Below, piece after piece: positions 9,127 through 19,184 of a stretch of DNA of 64,000 nt. Under the pieces are notes generated by a model. It was not told where the DNA came from, did not search any database, and was given only the letters and a program-made list of their open reading frames with translations. How positions within the stretch are numbered: position 1 is the stretch's first letter; the number at the start of each line of letters is the position of its first letter. The stretch lies in IMG/VR virus record IMGVR_UViG_3300007352_000001, positions 1 through 64,000 of that record; one strand, given 5' to 3'. Both the position numbers and the translations under genes were made by a program.

Positions 9127-10562
9127 TGCCACAGGGAAAGTCCGAAGGGGTCGTCCAGTGCCGCAAGTGCGGCACCCACAAGAACCTCTGCACCGACCGC
9201 TCGAACCGCAGCGGCGTGCGCAGCATCTGCCGCAAGTGTCAGCGGCAGGAGTGCAAAGACGGCCGCGCCCGTCGACGCTCGACCAACGGCGGCACGATCA
9301 AGCCGGCGTACCACGCCGCGATCGACGCCGATCAGATCACGCAAGAGACCGAGGGCAACTACGAAGTCGTCACCACGGTCTCGAAGACGATCCGCACCGT
9401 TCCGCAGCTGCTCGACGCGATCAAGGTGCCGCGCAGTGCGTTGCTGGTGAACGGCAGCAGCGAGTGGGTCGTTGACGGCAAGGAAGCGCGCAAGTGGGAT
9501 CAGGGCGTCATCATCGACGGCGTCCACCGCGTGGTCGAACTCTGGTACGTGAAGGTGAATCTCAAGCGCCGCCGTGCGGTGCCGATCGCCTTCGAGCCCA
9601 TCCGGCCGCTGACGCTCACCATCCACATCCCGAGCCGCGCCGACACAGCCCCGCCCGCGAGCTTGCGCCGCGCGCTCATCGTCCCGGACTCCCAGCACGG
9701 CTTCGCCCGTGACGTGCAGGGGCGGCTCGATCCGCTCCACGATCGCCAGGCCTGGGCCTGCATGGTCGAGATCGCCCGCTACGCGAAGCCCAACCGCGTC
9801 GTGTTCCTGGGCGACATGCTCGACATGACCGACTGGTCCGAGAAGTTCATCACCGGACCGGAGTTTCGCTCGGTCACTCAGCCGGCGCTGGTCGAGCTGG
9901 CGTGGAACTTCGCGCAGGTGAAGGCGACGCTCGTGCCGTACAAGCGCGAGCAACCGCATGGGGACTGGCTCGCCGGCAATCACGAGTGGCGCATGGTGAA
10001 GGCGTTCTACCAGCACCTGCGCGCGGCAGCGGAACTCCGGCCGATCGACGAGCCCGACGGGCCACCGATCTATTCCTTCGAGCGGTTGATGAAGCTGACT
10101 GAGAAGTTCGGCATCACCTACCACGACAAGTACCCCCACGCCGAGCTGTGGCTGAACGACAACCTGCGCATTTCCCACGGGGAGCGGGTGCGTGGCGAGT
10201 CCGGCGAGACCGCCAAGTCGGTCATCCGCGATGCGCGCTGCTCGGAGATCTACGGCCACGTGCACCGCATCGAGCAGATCCACAAGACGGTGCACCCGCG
10301 CCATGGCGCGGTCAGCTACGTCGCGTTCTGCCCTGGTACGCTCGCTCGCATCGACGGGACGGTGCCCGCGGCAACCAGCCGGGTGAACTGGCAGCAAGGG
10401 TTCGCGATCGTCGACTACGAGCCTGGCAACGGCCGCTTCTGGATCCAGTCCGTGCCGATCCACCCCGGCGGGTGGGCGATCTACGACGGCAAGGTGTTCC
10501 GCGGGAAGTTCAGCATGGCGGCGCTGCGTGCCGGCACGCCAGGATGGCGATGGGCAGCCTAG
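9126..10562 (+). CDS. calcineurin-like metallophosphoesterase with N-terminal zinc finger
   Basis: PDSQHG, LGDMLD, AGNHE, SHG, GHVHR motifs; N-terminal CRKC...CRKC. Confidence 0.9.
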   Translation: MPQGKSEGVVQCRKCGTHKNLCTDRSNRSGVRSICRKCQRQECKDGRARRRSTNGGTIKPAYHAAIDADQITQETEGNYEVVTTVSKTIRTVPQLLDAIKVPRSALLVNGSSEWVVDGKEARKWDQGVIIDGVHRVVELWYVKVNLKRRRAVPIAFEPIRPLTLTIHIPSRADTAPPASLRRALIVPDSQHGFARDVQGRLDPLHDRQAWACMVEIARYAKPNRVVFLGDMLDMTDWSEKFITGPEFRSVTQPALVELAWNFAQVKATLVPYKREQPHGDWLAGNHEWRMVKAFYQHLRAAAELRPIDEPDGPPIYSFERLMKLTEKFGITYHDKYPHAELWLNDNLRISHGERVRGESGETAKSVIRDARCSEIYGHVHRIEQIHKTVHPRHGAVSYVAFCPGTLARIDGTVPAATSRVNWQQGFAIVDYEPGNGRFWIQSVPIHPGGWAIYDGKVFRGKFSMAALRAGTPGWRWAA

Positions 10563-10564
10563 AG

Positions 10565-10834
10565 ATGACACCGATCGGTGCCGGGCCTCGCCGCGGCCGG
10601 CCGCGTACGCGGGGCCTGTTCCAGGAACTGGTCCGTTCCGCGGACAACGGAACAGGCCCAAAACTGGAACAGGCCGTGGTCTGCCCGGTCTGCCGGTACA
10701 GCAGCTTCACCGTGTTCGAGCGCTACCGCATCCGGAAGGACGCGGTCGCGTGGGGCGAGTGGTGCCAGGCGTGCGTGGAGCAGTTTGAGACGCGGGGCTG
10801 GTTCGTGCTGTCGATCGTCCCCGATCAGCCGTAA
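10565..10834 (+). CDS. zinc-ribbon hypothetical protein
   Basis: CPVC...CQAC; ATG 3 nt after the upstream stop. Confidence 0.55.
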   Translation: MTPIGAGPRRGRPRTRGLFQELVRSADNGTGPKLEQAVVCPVCRYSSFTVFERYRIRKDAVAWGEWCQACVEQFETRGWFVLSIVPDQP

Positions 10835-10979
10835 GCCCAGCAGCGACGATCAGGCGTTGGAGATCCGCAAGGGAGCGCACACGGCATCGCTGATTGTTCG
10901 CGCGATCGCGCTGGGTGCGGGGTGATCGCGATGCGCGGCAGGCCGCGCAACGCAGGCGGAACGGGACGGTCGCGAAACG

Positions 10980-11276
10980 TCACAGGAACTCCTCTCCCCT
11001 GCCTTCATCTTCGATGAAGCGGTAGATGATCTCGACGTCCTCCTCGTTGCGGCTGTAGCGCGTGACGAAGACCGCGAGCACATGCCGGACGCGCAACAGC
11101 CGTTGGGCTGTGCGAGTCGCATCCCGTTTCTGCGGCGACGTCCAGCCGATGTCTCGCTCGCCGAAACCGATCCCGGACTGGCAGCAGCCGCCGGCAACCT
11201 TTTCGAGCACGTGATCGAGCGCTGGATAGTGCTCGGCCGAGTACATCGCCTCGATCAAGTAGTATGGTCGGCTCAT
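10980..11276 (-). CDS. hypothetical protein
   Basis: ATGA overlap within a minus-strand operon. Confidence 0.6.
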   Translation of the reverse strand: MSRPYYLIEAMYSAEHYPALDHVLEKVAGGCCQSGIGFGERDIGWTSPQKRDATRTAQRLLRVRHVLAVFVTRYSRNEEDVEIIYRFIEDEGRGEEFL

Positions 11277-12119
11277 GTGTGCTTCACGTCGGTGAGCCCG
11301 AGCGCCTCGACGACCAGCTGCCGCATGCGGCGCCCGAGCGCATCCACACTGCCGTCGTGAAAGGTGTAGCGTCCAGGGTGGTGCTGCTTCACCATCGTCG
11401 TCCACGCCGCCTTGGCGGTCTTGCAGACGTAGACGTGATCCGCGTCAGTCATCGTCGTGCGCATCGGCGCTTCCGGCGGGAAGGTGACCACTCGGGCCGG
11501 GACACCGTCGACCAAGTGCTTGATCCGCGCGGCCTGGTTGTCCGGCAGGCCGACGACGTAGAGCTTCAGCTCGGCCGGGCGGTGCTCGGTGATCTCGATC
11601 CGCGACGGCTTGATGATGCCCTTGTTCGCCAGCTCGCCGATGATCTGCGCGAGCAGCTGGCGGTTGCGTTCGACCCGCGCCCCGAGCGCCGTGTTCAGCA
11701 TCGACATCCATCAGCGTGCCGATCAGGCGCGTCACGACCGTGGCCACGAGCTGGTCGGTGGACAGCTCGGCGAGTAGTTCCTCTGGTGTCGGCGGTGGGG
11801 GCGGTGGCTCAGGCGGTGGGGGCGGCTCCGGTGCCGGCGCGTCCGCACGCGCGAGCTTCTCCTGCACACCGATTGCGGCCTCGACCAGGCCGTCGGTGAA
11901 CCACTTCTCGCCGACCACGGAGATGATGCCGTTGCGCTGACGCTCGGCAGGCATCACCTCGGCCTGGGCGCGCAGCAAGAGCTTCACCGGCCCCTGTAGA
12001 CTGATCGGATCGTCGAGCCAGATTGCGACCGCTCGCGCGAGCACCGCGGCACGTTCGTCAGCGGTCCAGTCGATGCGCCGCCGTTTCTTCGTCGGATCGT
12101 TAGGGACGCCCTTCGGCAT
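11273..12119 (-). pseudogene. frameshifted hypothetical protein (ORFs 11445..12122 and 11273..11707 joined)
   Basis: CATCCATC duplication at 11705-11712; removing 4 nt (or 1 nt) joins ...LIGTLM to SMLNTAL... Confidence 0.55.
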
Positions 12120-12676
12120 CACGGCCTCCTACTCAACTCGAACTTGATGGCGCGCACGACGTCGCGAATCTTCTGCTCGTCATCGAGTCGCACGCTGATC
12201 CTGACCCCGGTCCCGTTGCCTAACGCCTCGACCTCGACTTTGTTGCTGCCAATCTCGCTGCCGAGCTGCTTCCACTTGCCGCGGGCGCGCTCACGCTCTC
12301 GGCGCTTCTCCGCGTCGACCTTCGCCGCCGCAATCCAGGTATCGAGGCGATCGAGCACGGCGTCGATCGGCACCGCGGCGAACGGATAGACCGCGCGGTA
12401 CTTCGGCCGGTCGGTGCTCCCGCCCCACTCGATCGCGACCCGCCACCGCTCGGGCAGCTCGATGTTGCGCTGTACGCGCGGCGGGTACACACGGTGCGTT
12501 GACAGCCGGAGCCGTAGGCGCTCCCCATCAACCGGATCGCTGACGTCGAGCCCGGAGAAGAGGGTTGGGTGGCCTTGCATCAGCTTGTGCCCGCGTCGGC
12601 GCAGGCCTTTGTTGAGCGCGTCGAGCACCTTGCCGGGCGCATTGGCGTTGAAAGCGACTGTCGGGCGACGGGCCAT
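12119..12676 (-). CDS. hypothetical protein
   Basis: Overlapping start/stop in the operon. Confidence 0.6.
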   Translation of the reverse strand: MARRPTVAFNANAPGKVLDALNKGLRRRGHKLMQGHPTLFSGLDVSDPVDGERLRLRLSTHRVYPPRVQRNIELPERWRVAIEWGGSTDRPKYRAVYPFAAVPIDAVLDRLDTWIAAAKVDAEKRRERERARGKWKQLGSEIGSNKVEVEALGNGTGVRISVRLDDEQKIRDVVRAIKFELSRRP

Positions 12677-12930
12677 CAGAAAATGATCTCCCCTGCGTCC
12701 TCGATCGGCATGCACTGCAGATGCGAGGTCTCGTAGCGGAGCACGACCTCGTGCTCGCGTTGCTCCGTGATCAGCACCACCTTGCCGTCGCGGATGAGCT
12801 TGTAGATGTGCGTGACCAAACGGACGCGGTACGCTCCATCGCCTGAGAGGAACGCATACGGCGGTTCCTCTGGCTGGCGATGATCCGGCACCATGATGAG
12901 GCGGGGCCGGCCTGCGTAGTCGCGTTCCAT
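12676..12930 (-). CDS. hypothetical protein
   Basis: ATG 12930; TGATG overlap downstream. Confidence 0.55.
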   Translation of the reverse strand: MERDYAGRPRLIMVPDHRQPEEPPYAFLSGDGAYRVRLVTHIYKLIRDGKVVLITEQREHEVVLRYETSHLQCMPIEDAGEIIF

Positions 12931-13087
12931 GTCGTCACGGGAGGTGGGTGAGAATCCAGGTCTGGTGCGTTGGCGACCAGTAGAGCGCGATGTGGTCGTG
13001 GATCTCGATGGGGTCACCATCCTTGAGCGTCGCTTCGTTGTGCAGGACGGTGTCCTGCGCGTAGAGGAAGGCCAGCAGTTCCACCTT

Positions 13088-13372
13088 TCAAGGCTGGACG
13101 CGCCGAAGCACGTCCAGGTCCCGTTCCGCGCCCTGTGTGATCAGCTCCCCTTTGCGCTTCTCGGCTTCGAGGCGCGCTTTGAGCAGCGCCACCGCCTCCG
13201 CGGGCGTCTCGCTGTAGAGCGTGTCGAAGTACGCCCGTGCGTAGTTGGTCAGCGGGCCGTCGTTCGAGCGGATCCGAGCATTCCCCTCGGTGAGCCCGAC
13301 CACGACGGCTTCGCTGATCGTCACCCGACCCTCGGTGATGAACGCGATGTAGACGACCTGTCCCTTCTTCAT
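13088..13372 (-). CDS. hypothetical protein (small beta-barrel plus coiled coil)
   Basis: MKKGQVVYI start; ATGA overlap. Confidence 0.6.
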   Translation of the reverse strand: MKKGQVVYIAFITEGRVTISEAVVVGLTEGNARIRSNDGPLTNYARAYFDTLYSETPAEAVALLKARLEAEKRKGELITQGAERDLDVLRRVQP

Positions 13373-13857
13373 GACCGCAGCCCGAGCCGCTTGGCGTGGT
13401 CGAGGTCGTGCACCGGGATCGGGATGGTCTCTCCTGTCGGCGTCGGGAGGAATACCACGCGCTTCAGGCTGCTAGCCTGCGCCGCCGGCACGTCGGTGAA
13501 CACCGACGCGTCGTCCGGTTCGTGGACCCGGATGGAGAGCACGGAGGAGACCGCGCGCAGCGGCAGCGTGATCTCCTGGCCCGGCTGGAACGTCAGGTTG
13601 GCGCGGGCGCCGATCACGGTGTCGGCCGCGACGCGCAGCCGCAAGGTGCCGCGCTCGTCGACGGCGAGCACCTCGGCGGTCGCCAGGATCTCGCTGGTGA
13701 CCTCGACGACCTGGTTGGCCGGGTAGTAGCCGATCTGGATCTGGACCTGGTCGCCCACAGCCGGCTCGTCGAACCGCTCGTAGAGGTAGCGGTAGCCGAC
13801 GACGTAGGCGCTGAACGGGAACGACGTGCGGTTGGCAGTGATCTCTACGCGTCTCAT
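13369..13857 (-). CDS. hypothetical protein
   Basis: AGGAGG RBS upstream of ATG 13857. Confidence 0.65.
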   Translation of the reverse strand: MRRVEITANRTSFPFSAYVVGYRYLYERFDEPAVGDQVQIQIGYYPANQVVEVTSEILATAEVLAVDERGTLRLRVAADTVIGARANLTFQPGQEITLPLRAVSSVLSIRVHEPDDASVFTDVPAAQASSLKRVVFLPTPTGETIPIPVHDLDHAKRLGLRS

Positions 13858-13892
13858 TGGGTTCCTCCTACCGGGACAAAAGTGCGAGAACT

Positions 13893-14237
13893 ATGCCATT
13901 AACGGTCCGCGATTGGAACGACGATGCGTCCGGATTCTACGCCGTAGATCACCGTCATCCCTTTGCCGCACCGTCCTACGTCGCTCGGGACGCACCACCG
14001 CCCGCCGGCTACGCCGCCCGGCACGTGCTGTCCTTCATGCGAGATGCTCAGATCGTGGCCACGGCCGAGCTGACCGTGGCCGAAGGCGTCTGCCATATCA
14101 GCTTCCTGACGTCCAGCGTGGGCGTCCAGCCGCTCCTGCGGCGCTTCCGTCAACTCTTCCCCGATGTTCGGACCTTCCGCGGCACGCGCAGCGGTGGGAT
14201 CCGCACGGGCTACCACGAGGTCCTTGCGCATGCGTGA
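13893..14237 (+). CDS. hypothetical protein
   Basis: Divergent from the minus operon; overlaps the next gene. Confidence 0.5.
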   Translation: MPLTVRDWNDDASGFYAVDHRHPFAAPSYVARDAPPPAGYAARHVLSFMRDAQIVATAELTVAEGVCHISFLTSSVGVQPLLRRFRQLFPDVRTFRGTRSGGIRTGYHEVLAHA

Positions 14238-14949
14238 TTGGCTCACCGAGGCGCGCCAGTTCCTGCCCTCGCGGGAGCGGCCCGTCGTGAACATGGAGAA
14301 GGGCGATACCTTCTTGCACCCGAAGCACGGCCAGCTGACGCGCCGGGAGACCGACGCGCTGCAGTTCCGCGGGGCGGACGCGATCCAGCAGATCCGCCGA
14401 AGCCCTGACGTGCACGGCAAGACGGGCAACGTCGACTGGATGGCGCTGCACAAGACGGCCACTGACTTCGGCTACCGCACCCGCTCGGTTTCCAAGGGGG
14501 TGCGCGCTTACGAGCATCCGCAGCTGCGCCACTCGCTCAAGATCTTCTACAACGACCCCTCGAACGACGCCTGGGCGTTCATCGCGGGCCGGCACCGGGT
14601 CGATCACAAGCGCGGCGCTGACGCCTGCCAGATTGGGTACTCGAACGAGGACCTCGGCACCTACCTCGCGCACGTGCACACGGCCCACGCTGAGGGCGGC
14701 AACCACCCCGAACTCTGCCAGCACACCGACCCACGCAAGCGGGGGATTCGGATCGACGTCGGCGAGTCGCGCTTCGCGCACCTGATCGACGCCGTGCTGA
14801 TCGAGCGCAGCCGCCACGGTGTCGGTGATGCGAAGCTCCACCACCAACACTCGCGGTGGTACGCCGCGCGCCCAACGCGCACCCGCGCACACCCCCTGCA
14901 GCAGTCCGACGCGTACCACAGCGGCTACGGGTACGGCGATGCACACTAA
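14230..14949 (+). CDS. His-rich hypothetical protein (candidate internal head protein)
   Basis: N-terminal MRDWLTEA; internal FAHLIDAVLIE; many His. Confidence 0.6.
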   Translation: MRDWLTEARQFLPSRERPVVNMEKGDTFLHPKHGQLTRRETDALQFRGADAIQQIRRSPDVHGKTGNVDWMALHKTATDFGYRTRSVSKGVRAYEHPQLRHSLKIFYNDPSNDAWAFIAGRHRVDHKRGADACQIGYSNEDLGTYLAHVHTAHAEGGNHPELCQHTDPRKRGIRIDVGESRFAHLIDAVLIERSRHGVGDAKLHHQHSRWYAARPTRTRAHPLQQSDAYHSGYGYGDAH

Positions 14950-14961
14950 GGAACTCTGGTG

Positions 14962-15144
14962 ATGGCGAGCAAAGAGCAGATCAACGCCGCAATCGAGCTG
15001 GTCATGCGCAAGGCGCCGATCGACCAAGTCACGGCTGCGCTGATCGAGGATCGCACCTTCCACGTCCGCGCGATCGGACAGGCGAAGGGACCGGGCGAGC
15101 CGCGTGCCGCGTCCGGGCTCAAGCGCACGCGCAAGCTCTGCTGA
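14962..15144 (+). CDS. small protein made mostly of the helical tag
   Basis: AAGGA RBS; INAAIELVMRKAPIDQVTAALIE. Confidence 0.6.
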   Translation: MASKEQINAAIELVMRKAPIDQVTAALIEDRTFHVRAIGQAKGPGEPRAASGLKRTRKLC

Positions 15145-15166
15145 AGCGCTGCCTGAACTGTGGATC

Positions 15167-15748
15167 GTGAAGCTGAACCTCGGCGCGCACGGTACGCGTC
15201 TCCCTGGCTTCCTCAGCGTCGATCTCCTGCCGGACACGCAGCCGGACATCGTTGGGAATCTCCTCACCATCGAGTTCGCCGACGCCTCGATCGAGGAGAT
15301 CTACTGCTCGCACACGCTGGAGCACTTCACGTACCTGCAGGCCTTCGCCCTACTGGAGAAGTTCGAGCGCTGGTTGATGCCCGAGGGCATTCTCTGGCTC
15401 GCCGTGCCGGACTTCGAGGCGCTCTGTCAGATCGTCACGGCCGGTGAAGGGCACAGCGCGCACATCCGCGGGCTCTTCTACGGCGGCGACCACTACGAGA
15501 CCGACGTGCACAAGAGCGGCTGGACCCGCCGCTTCCTGCGCGAGGTCCTCGAAGCACGAGGCTACGAGATCATCGGAGACTGGAACGCGTTCGTCACCAA
15601 CGCCGAAGGCGATGGCAGCGATGCGGCTGGGGTCTGGTTCGAGTGGAGTGACGGCCGGCGCCAAACGCTCTCGCTCAACTGGCGATGTCGGAAGGTGGGT
15701 GGCGGTGGCGCATCGAGAGCAGGCGGACTTCCTACACCGGGTGCGTGA
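15167..15748 (+). CDS. class I SAM-dependent methyltransferase (paralog of 6992..7558)
   Basis: KLNLGA, YCSHTLEH, ILWLAVPD. Confidence 0.88.
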   Translation: MKLNLGAHGTRLPGFLSVDLLPDTQPDIVGNLLTIEFADASIEEIYCSHTLEHFTYLQAFALLEKFERWLMPEGILWLAVPDFEALCQIVTAGEGHSAHIRGLFYGGDHYETDVHKSGWTRRFLREVLEARGYEIIGDWNAFVTNAEGDGSDAAGVWFEWSDGRRQTLSLNWRCRKVGGGGASRAGGLPTPGA

Positions 15749-16286
15749 GAAGTTCCCCGAGAGCTTCCGCGGCACGCGCGTCCTGGAGATTGGCTCCTAC
15801 AACGTCAACGGCACCCCGCGTGCCTTCTTCGAGCAGTGCGAGTACACCGGCCTCGATCTGCTGCCAGGGCCGGGCGTCGACGTCGTCGGCGTCGCACACG
15901 AGTACGATCTGCCGGACGCCAGCGTCGACGTCGTGCTCTCGTGCGAGTGCTTCGAGCACAACCCGTACTGGGCCGAGACGCTTGGCTGGATGGTGCGCGT
16001 CCTGCGCCCCGGCGGGCTCTGTGTCATCACCTGCGCTACCACCGGCCGTCCAGTGCACGGCACGTGGTCGACGGACGCCGACGGGCGGGCGGCACACGAG
16101 CAGTGGGTGACGTTGCCGAACGCGCAGTGCGAGCGGCCAGGGTGGGACCGCGACTACTACCGCAATCTCACCGAGGCCGACTTCCGCTCTGTGCTTTCGA
16201 TCGGCGGCGCGTTCACCGAGTACGTGTTCGAGATCGACACCAACCACTGTGACCTCTTCTTCTGGGGTCGGAAACGAGTCCGCTGA
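15705..16286 (+). CDS. class I SAM-dependent methyltransferase
   Basis: VLEIGSYNVNG, GLD..PGPGVD, SCECFEH, LRPGG. Confidence 0.88.
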   Translation: MAHREQADFLHRVREKFPESFRGTRVLEIGSYNVNGTPRAFFEQCEYTGLDLLPGPGVDVVGVAHEYDLPDASVDVVLSCECFEHNPYWAETLGWMVRVLRPGGLCVITCATTGRPVHGTWSTDADGRAAHEQWVTLPNAQCERPGWDRDYYRNLTEADFRSVLSIGGAFTEYVFEIDTNHCDLFFWGRKRVR

Positions 16287-17161
16287 TGCAAGTCGCCATT
16301 GGGGTTCCCAGCTGCATCTACCCAGAGGGGCTGTTCCACTTGGGGCGTTCGATTGCGGCGGCAACCCAGCACGATCACTACCGTTTGACGGTACTCCTCG
16401 ACGGCAACCGCGACTGGCAGCGGCTCGATCGCATGCCGGAGTATCAGGCGCGGTTCACCACGCTGAAGCTCCACGACGATCCCGAGACCGACCACCAGCG
16501 GATCGAGCGCAACAACCCGAACGTCGGCGACTACGCGTTCCTGCAGGGCTGGCATGCGGCCGGCACTGAAGTGATCCGTCACGCGGAGCGTCGCGGCGTC
16601 ATCGCGGCTTGGAACACGCTGGCGATGCATCTCCTCCAGACCGATGCCGACTACATCGTGATCATGAACGACGACGTGGTCGTGCAGCCTGGCTGGCTGA
16701 ACTACCTGCTGGGCTGCGCCAACAAGGGCTACCCGAAGGGCATCATGTTCGGCTTCGGCAGCGCCGGCACGCCGTCGCATCCTGGTCCGGCATGGCCGGG
16801 GCTGAAGGAAGAGAACTTCTGGGGGCCGTGTCTGTTCCTGCGCGCGAGCTGTGTGCGCGAGCTGATCGGCGATCGCGGCTGGGTGTTCAACCCCGAGTTC
16901 ACCGTCTTCAACTCCGACGGCTGGTTCATCCAAGAAGCCCTCGGCCGCGGCTTCGACATCGTCTCGATCGCCGACCCGCTGAAGCTGAGCACTGTCTGGC
17001 ACCGCTCGCTCGGGCACTGGGTGTACGACGAGGTCATGCGCGACCGTGCCCGCGTCGACGAGTACCACCGCGTCGGCAACTACCCGGCGGCGAACGGCAA
17101 GCTCTTCACCTACGTGCGGATGAACGACGCGTACGACGTCATCGACGAGAAGCTCCTCTAG
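16286..17161 (+). CDS. GT-A fold (GT2-like) glycosyltransferase
   Basis: GVIAAWN...DYIVIMNDDVVVQPGWL. Confidence 0.75.
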   Translation: MQVAIGVPSCIYPEGLFHLGRSIAAATQHDHYRLTVLLDGNRDWQRLDRMPEYQARFTTLKLHDDPETDHQRIERNNPNVGDYAFLQGWHAAGTEVIRHAERRGVIAAWNTLAMHLLQTDADYIVIMNDDVVVQPGWLNYLLGCANKGYPKGIMFGFGSAGTPSHPGPAWPGLKEENFWGPCLFLRASCVRELIGDRGWVFNPEFTVFNSDGWFIQEALGRGFDIVSIADPLKLSTVWHRSLGHWVYDEVMRDRARVDEYHRVGNYPAANGKLFTYVRMNDAYDVIDEKLL

Positions 17162-17198
17162 TTGACAAACTCCACAGATCCCTGCTGAATGGCAGACG

Positions 17199-17720
17199 AT
17201 GTCTGTCGCTCGGCGCCGCTTCCGCGCCCAAGTGGTTTGCTACGCGGTGATGTCGCACGTTGGCGGACCGTCCGCGAACCCGAAGCGGTTCGCTAATCTC
17301 ATGCAACGGCAGCTGAACGGCTGGTCGTCCGACACCGCAGCCAACCTTTATCTGCGCCCGATTGGTCTCGATCGCCGTGGCTGGCGGCAACGCGCGCAGG
17401 CGCCGCGGCGCTTTCTCCTTCGGCGCTACCAGCAGGTCGGGGTCAATCTCTCAGTGTACCGGGATCCCGCCAACGGCATCGCTTGGGTCGAGGACCACGA
17501 CACGGGCTTGCAGTATGGCGCCCACCCGTTCATTGAGATGCCACACGATGACCAATCGTTCCACGAACGGATCTTCTCGAAGCGCCAAGTCGAAAAGGCG
17601 TGGAACAAGCACTACGTCATCGGATACGTCCGCACCGATGACGCGCTCGCGACGATTGCGCGGCTCTACTGCCGCTGCAAAGGCAACCACGATGTCGACC
17701 CGCGCGCAGCGGCGGCGTAG
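17199..17720 (+). CDS. hypothetical protein
   Basis: 173-aa ORF; TTGACA upstream at 17162. Confidence 0.5.
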   Translation: MSVARRRFRAQVVCYAVMSHVGGPSANPKRFANLMQRQLNGWSSDTAANLYLRPIGLDRRGWRQRAQAPRRFLLRRYQQVGVNLSVYRDPANGIAWVEDHDTGLQYGAHPFIEMPHDDQSFHERIFSKRQVEKAWNKHYVIGYVRTDDALATIARLYCRCKGNHDVDPRAAAA

Positions 17721-18345
17721 GCGCACCCAGGGGCTGATGCCCGCCAAGCACCTGTCGGTTGTCGGCGGGGTCTACATCGGCAACGGGAAGTCGATCCCTG
17801 TGCGGCTGGTGGATTTCGACGGCGAGCGGCGTGAGCTGACGGTCGAGATCGTGGCGGACACCGACCACGAGATCAAACCGTTGAAGATGCTCTACATCGA
17901 CGGCCGCGCGTTCACGTACTTGCTGACGCAGCCGCACTTCCGGACCGACGGTGGTACGATTCGGTTCGTCTACCTCGAACACGTGGCCGGGACGTCGCTC
18001 ATCGACCAGCCGCGTAACTTCGCAGTGCAATACTGGCCCGCTCCGATTGCTGTCGCACAAGAGCTTGGGGTGCGCGGCACGCTCTACTGCGTTGCCGGCA
18101 CGCCACATCGCCAAGGGGGTACGTTGCCGCACAACGTGCACGACGAACACGAGGGCAAGCTCGAAGTCATGGGCTACGACCCGAGCCGCCAGATCACGCT
18201 CTACTTGAACAGCTCGCTGAACGTCTCGTGGCAATCACCCAGTGCCGCCCGTTTGTCCGCGTTGCTGCTGGACCGCCCGCAGCCTGGTCAGCTCGTGCTG
18301 CCGAGCACGCAGCTCCAGTACCAGCTCCCCATCGCCCATGAGTGA
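17692..18345 (+). CDS. hypothetical protein
   Basis: ORF with plausible composition; start uncertain. Confidence 0.55.
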   Translation: MSTRAQRRRRRTQGLMPAKHLSVVGGVYIGNGKSIPVRLVDFDGERRELTVEIVADTDHEIKPLKMLYIDGRAFTYLLTQPHFRTDGGTIRFVYLEHVAGTSLIDQPRNFAVQYWPAPIAVAQELGVRGTLYCVAGTPHRQGGTLPHNVHDEHEGKLEVMGYDPSRQITLYLNSSLNVSWQSPSAARLSALLLDRPQPGQLVLPSTQLQYQLPIAHE

Positions 18346-19180
18346 CGAGTACGACGACGTCGGCTTCGTGGCGCACCACACGCGGTTCCGGCACACCCCG
18401 AGTCTCGACCAGCACCGCACCCTTTTCCAATCGCTCCTCCGGCTCCCTGGCGTCGTGCCGTACCGGCAGAAGATGCAAGTCGGCCGCGATGAACAACACG
18501 GCTTGGGCGCCCTCGTGCAAGACCAGGCACGCCGCCGTGAGATCCTCGCGGAGATCCGGGCGATCGCAACTGACCACAAGGTCGGCATCGACCTCGTGCA
18601 GCGGCGCACCAGCGAGTACGTCGATCGCGTCTTGAAGGGCGAACTGCCCGGTCAGTACTCCGACGATCTCGCCGTGCAGAAGGCATGCGTCGGCTGCTCA
18701 GACATCGGCTACTTGGACGACGACGGGCTCTGCGCGAAGTGCATCGCGCGCGTGACCTACCACGTCGTCGACCACGAGACAGCCACCGACCGCTTCCACG
18801 TGGTGAATCAACTCTACGGCGTGCGTGTGTTCGCCTCGAACAACAAGGGCGAGGCCGACAGCGCGGCGCGTGACTGGACCGCCGGCCGGCGCGCGAAGGC
18901 CCGCCAGGGCATCTTCATGAACGCGGGCGAGGCGATCGACGCCGTCGCCCACGGGCAGCCGGTCCGCGGCGCCGCGAAGACGCTCACCAAGAAGACCTTC
19001 GTCCGCAATGACGTCGTCGAGTTCACTGATGGTGCGGGGATCCTGCAACGCGGAGTGGTCCTCCGTGCCCACCGTACGGTGCATGGGCTTGGGTATGTTG
19101 TCCAGGTCACCCGGACGCAGCACAATGTCTGGGTGGTGGCCGCGGATCTCCGCAAAGCGAACCCCGAGCACTGGCAATGA
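18338..19180 (+). CDS. multi-module hypothetical protein (zinc ribbon, internal helical tag, C-terminal SH3-like barrel)
   Basis: CVGC...CAKC; MNAGEAIDAVAHGQPV at 18917. Confidence 0.65.
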   Translation: MSDEYDDVGFVAHHTRFRHTPSLDQHRTLFQSLLRLPGVVPYRQKMQVGRDEQHGLGALVQDQARRREILAEIRAIATDHKVGIDLVQRRTSEYVDRVLKGELPGQYSDDLAVQKACVGCSDIGYLDDDGLCAKCIARVTYHVVDHETATDRFHVVNQLYGVRVFASNNKGEADSAARDWTAGRRAKARQGIFMNAGEAIDAVAHGQPVRGAAKTLTKKTFVRNDVVEFTDGAGILQRGVVLRAHRTVHGLGYVVQVTRTQHNVWVVAADLRKANPEHWQ

Positions 19181-19184
19181 TCCG

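Noticed and set aside
17162-17190. Sigma70-like promoters at TTGACA sites (17162 plus strand; about 59179 minus strand)
   Set aside because: The -35 box is perfect but the -10 match at proper spacing is poor, so they are not called.
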